Shown here piece by piece: positions 59,714 through 64,000 of a stretch of 64,000 bases of DNA. The stretch is from positions 372,001 to 436,000 of the forward strand of contig NW_027141363.1 of NCBI RefSeq assembly GCF_036365525.1. Direction: 5' to 3'. Numbering within the stretch: the first letter of the stretch is position 1; the number at the start of each line of letters is the position of its first letter. This stretch comes from Heterodontus francisci. Taxonomy: Eukaryota. The notes under the pieces were generated by a model that saw only the letters and a program-made list of their open reading frames with translations, had not been told where the DNA came from and did not search any database. A program made the translations under genes and the position numbers.

Positions 59714-62700
59714 AAAATAACTTTCCTTTCAGTGCAGCAGCTTTTTCGGGAGCAGAGTGTGAGCGAGTGAGCAGCTGGGAAAGTCAGTTTGAAAGTAAAT
59801 TTAAAATCCTTTTGTTTTTCGGCGGAGGCCGGGGGCTGCTGGGTAAGTAAAACACTATATATTTGGGCGGTTTAAAATAACTTTCCTTTCAGTGCAGCAG
59901 CTTTTTCGGGAGCAGAGTGTGAGCGAGTGAGCAGCTGGGAAAGTCAGTTTGAAAGTAAATTTAATTTCCTTTTGTTTTTCGGCGGAGGCCAGGGGGCTGC
60001 TGGGTAAGTAAAACACTATATATTTGGGCGGTTTCTGAACCCGAGATACCACACTTGTAGTGTCTCCCACCCGCCCTCCTCCTCTAACCAAAAAAAAGGA
60101 CTCGGTGGGGTGTTTATAAGGTAAGGCTTTTTCGATTTCTCTGGTTTTATTGTGATTGGTAAAAACTTTTCGTTCCTTTTTCATTTAACTAAGTTTAAAC
60201 TTTAGATTAAAAATGGCAGGAGATCTCAGACCCGTATCATGCTCGTCTTGCTCAATGTGGGAGCTCAGGGACATGGCTGATGACCCTGACTCCTTCACGT
60301 GCAGGAAGTGTGTCCAGCTGCAGCTCTTGTTAGACCGCATGACGGCTCTCGAGCTGCGGATGGACTCACTTTGGAGCATGCGCGATGCTGAGGAGGTCGT
60401 GGATAGCACGTTTAGTGAATTGGTCACACCGCAGATTAGGATTGCTAAGGGAGAAAGGGAATGGGTGACCAAAAGGCAGAGAAAGAGCAGGAAGGCAGCT
60501 CAGGAGTCCCCTGCGGTCATCTCCCTCCAAAACAAGTAAACCGTTTTGGATACTGTTGAGGGAGATGGCTCACCAGGGGAAGGCAGCAGTAGCCAGGTCC
60601 ATGGCACCGTGGCTGGCTCTGCTATTCAGAAGGGTGGGAAAAAGAGTGGAAGGGCTATAGTCGTAGGGGATTCGATTGTAAGGGGAGTAGATAGGCGGTT
60701 CTGTGGTCGAAAACGAGGCTCCCGAATGGTATGTTGCCTCCCAGGTGCACGGGTCAGGGACGTCTCAGATCGGCTGCAGAACATTCTAAAGGGGGAGGGT
60801 GAACAGCCAGTTGTCATTGTGCACATAGGCACTAATGATATAGGTAAAAAACGGGATGAGGTCCTATAAGCAGAGTTTAGGGAGTTAGGAGCCAAGTTAA
60901 AAAGTAGGACCTCAGAGGTAGTAATCTCAGGATTACTACCAGTGCCACGTGATCGTCAGAGTAAAAATGAAAGAATAGTCAGGATGAATGCGTGGCTTGA
61001 GAGATGGTGCAGGAAGGAGGGGTTCGGATTTTTGGGACATTGGGACCAGTTCTGGGGGAGGTGGGACTATTACAAATTGGACGGTCTACACCTGGGCCGG
61101 ACTGGAACCAATGTCCTTGGAGGTGCTTTTGCTAACGCTGTTGGGGAGGGTTTAAACTAATGTGGCAGGGGGATGGGAACCAATTGAGGTCAGTTGACAG
61201 TAAGGAGGTAGTAACAAAAGCCTGTAAGGAACTAGATAATGAAGTCAGTGTGACTAAGGGGAAGAGCAGGCAGGGAGCAGATGATGAATATAAAGGGACT
61301 GGTGGTCTGAGGTGCATTTGTTTTAATGCAAGAAGTGTAGTAGGTAAGGCAGATGAACTTAGGGCTTGGATTAGTACCTGGGAGTATGATGTTATTGCTA
61401 TTACTGAGACTTGGTTGAGGGAAGGGCATGATTGGCAACTAAATATCCCAGGATATCGATGCTTCAGGCGGGATAGAGAGGGAGGTAAAAGGGGTGGAGG
61501 AGTTGCATTACTGGTCAAAGAGGATATCACAGCTGTGCTGAAGGAGGGCACTATGGAGGACTCGAGCAGTGAGGCAATATGGACAGAACTCAGAAATAGG
61601 AAGGGTGCGGTAACAATGTTGGGGCTGTACTACAGGCCTCCCAACAGCGAGCGTGAGATAGAGGTACAAATATGTAAACAGATTATGGAAAGATGTAGGA
61701 GCAACAGGGTGGTGGTGATAGGAGATTTTAATTTTCCCAACATTGACTGGGATTCGCTTAGTGTTAGAGGTCCAGATGGAGCAGAATTTGTAAGGAGCAT
61801 CCAGGAGGGTTTTCTAGAGCAGTATGTAAATAGTCCAACTCGGGAAGGGGCCATACTGGACCTGGTGTTGGGGAATGAGCCCGGCCAGGTTGTTGAAGTT
61901 TCAGTAGGGGACTACTTTGGGAATAGTGATCACAATTCCGTAAGCTTTAAAATACTCATGGACAAAGACGAGAGTGGTCCTAAAGGAAGAGTGCTAAATT
62001 GGGGGAAGGCCAACTATACCAAAATTCGGCAGGAGCTGGGAAATGTAGATTGGGAGCAGCTGTTTGAAGGTAAATCCACATGTGATATGTGGGAGGCTTT
62101 TAAAGAGAGGTTGATTAGCGTGCAGGAGAGACATGTTCCTGTGAAAATGAGGGATAGAAATGGCAAGATTAGGGAACCATGGATGACAGGTGAAATTGTG
62201 AGACTAGCTAAGAGGAAAAAGGAAGCATACATAAGGTCTCGGCGGCTGATGAAAGACGAAGCTTTGAAAGAATATCGGGAATGTAGGACCAATCTGAAAC
62301 GAGGAATTAAGAGGGCTAAAAGGGGTCATGAAATATCTTTAGCAAACAGGGTTAAGGAAAATCCCAAAGCCTTTTATTCATATATAAGGAGAAAGAGGGT
62401 AACTAGAGAAAGGATTGGCCCACTAAAGGACAAAGGAGGAATGTTATGCTTGGACTCAGAGAAAACGGGTGAGATTCTAAACGAGTACTTTGCATCGGTA
62501 TTCACCGAGGAGAGGGACATGACGGATGTTGAGGTTAGGAACAGATGTTTGATTACTCTAGGTCAAGTCGGCATAAGGAGGGAGGAAGTGTTGGGTATTC
62601 TAAAGGGCATTAAGGTGGACAAGTCCCCAGGTCCGGATGGGATCTATCCCAGATTACTGAGGGAAGCGAGAGAGGAAATAGCTGGGGCCTTAACAGATAT

Positions 62701-63066
62701 CTTTGCAGCATCCTTAAACACGGGTGAGGTCCCGGAGGATTGGAGAATTGCTAATATTGTCCCCTTGTTTAAGAAGGGTAGCAGGGATAATCCAGGTAAT
62801 TATAGACCGGTGAGCCTGACGTCAGTGGTAGGGAAGATGCTGGAGAAGATACTGAGGGATAGGATCTATTCCCATTTGGAAGAAAATGGGCTCATCAGTG
62901 ATAGGCAACATGGTTTTGTGCAGGGAAGGTCATGTCTTACCAACTTAATAGAATTCTTTGAGGAAGTGACAAAGTTGATTGATGAGGGAAGGGCTGTCGA
63001 TGTCATATACATGGACTTCAGTAAGGCGTTTGATAAGGTTGCCCATGGCAGGCTGATGGAGAAAGT
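59714..63066 (+). mobile_element. Young CR1-clade LINE: 5'UTR, ORF1 (Zn-finger/zipper plus SGNH esterase, two stops) and ORF2 (APE endonuclease plus start of RT), 3'-truncated
   Basis: ORF1 60213-61160 with CSSCSMW..CRKC, GDSIVRG, HIGTND, DGLHL. ORF2 61160-63066 open for more than 630 codons with ITETW, GDFN, SDHN, PGPDG, NYRPVSL, YMDFSKAFDKV. Confidence 0.95.
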
Positions 63067-64000
63067 GATAGCTGATGGAGAAAGTGATGGAGAAAGTGAA
63101 AGAGAAAGGAATAGCTTGATGGATGTTTAAAATAGAGGCTATTGCCTCTGGATCTCTCCTGATGTTTCCATCTCCATACCTATCTCCTATATGTTTGTGC
63201 ACACAGCAGTGAAGGATTACATCAAATTCATATATCTTACATTCTCCCTTTCAATCCACCCCAACAATCTCTCTCTCTCTCTCCAACCCTGTCCCTCTCT
63301 ACTGCCCGCTCTCTGTCTGCATATCTAACCCTCTCTCCCTCTGTCTCACTCCTAGTGTCAGAGAGAGCAGGAGGAAGAGACGGAGAGAGGAAGACAGAGA
63401 GAGAATTTAGAAGGAACTGTACTCTCTTCCTAAGCTGAACCTGCTCTCGGAGTGTTTGATGGGCTACATTAATCGGCCGTGTGTAGTCCTGTATCAGGCT
63501 GTGAAGAAGCAGAGCATGTTCAGTACACAACGGGTCAAAGGGAACGATTCACTCCTGTCTGCTACGGGAAAGAGAGACTGACCTTAACATCAATGCCGCG
63601 TTTGACCGAGTGTGACAGCGAGGAGACCGAGTAAAACTGAAGTCAGTAGGAATCTGCTGGTTGGAATTATACTGAGCACAAAGGAAGATGGTTGTGGTTG
63701 TTGGAGGTCAATCATCTCAGTTCCAGGACATCACTGCAGAATAATAGAGACAAGATAGATGAAAACTTTCTGTCTGCCATAAAAAGTGAAATGGTCAAAC
63801 AATGTTGTTATTGGAGAGGTCTGGCCTCTATCTGATTCCATTCAGACAGACAGACAGATATCAATATAAATGAAGACATATATTTGCCTGGGTTAGAGAT
63901 GGAAGACTGAACATTCCCTTCGGTCTTGTTACTACCTATCAGCAGCTGTGTACAATTTCTAATTGCACTGGTTTGATGTGGGTAATATTTATGTTTGAAA

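Overview
Repeat-rich vertebrate DNA, almost certainly from a shark or ray (HE1 SINEs, SacSINE/DeuSINE, shark-type CR1, L2, RTE and Penelope remnants). Nearly all long ORFs in the supplied track are artefacts of minisatellites or LINE debris. The real genes are multi-exon and had to be assembled from splice signals. (1) Two tandem minus-strand paralogs about 35 kb apart encode a uromodulin/GP2-type decoy-domain protein. The complete copy (CDS 44504->28100, 12 coding exons, about 424 aa) has a signal peptide, two D10C/D8C domains, three 96-nt Ser/Thr/Glu-rich stalk exons and a small 60-aa C-terminal domain. It has no ZP module, transmembrane helix or GPI signal. The second copy (9570->2965) runs off the window. 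Each D10C keeps the GP2 N65-equivalent sequon (DPCVNHT) and has lost the C3-C6 pair. Domain 2 is strongly diversified between paralogs. (2) T-cell-receptor V pseudogenes lie on the plus strand between and beside these genes: a TRBV30-like 'CAWS' V with a leader and an intact 23-RSS (53051-53582), a truncated duplicate of it (15732-16085), and a second, V-delta-like segment with a 23-RSS (about 51680-52011). (3) The rest comprises three or four minisatellite families (some traceable to SINE/LINE sequence), nested retrotransposons, hammerhead-like Penelope ends and a young 5'-intact, 3'-truncated CR1 (59714-63066). Repeat boundaries are approximate; exon coordinates were read by hand.
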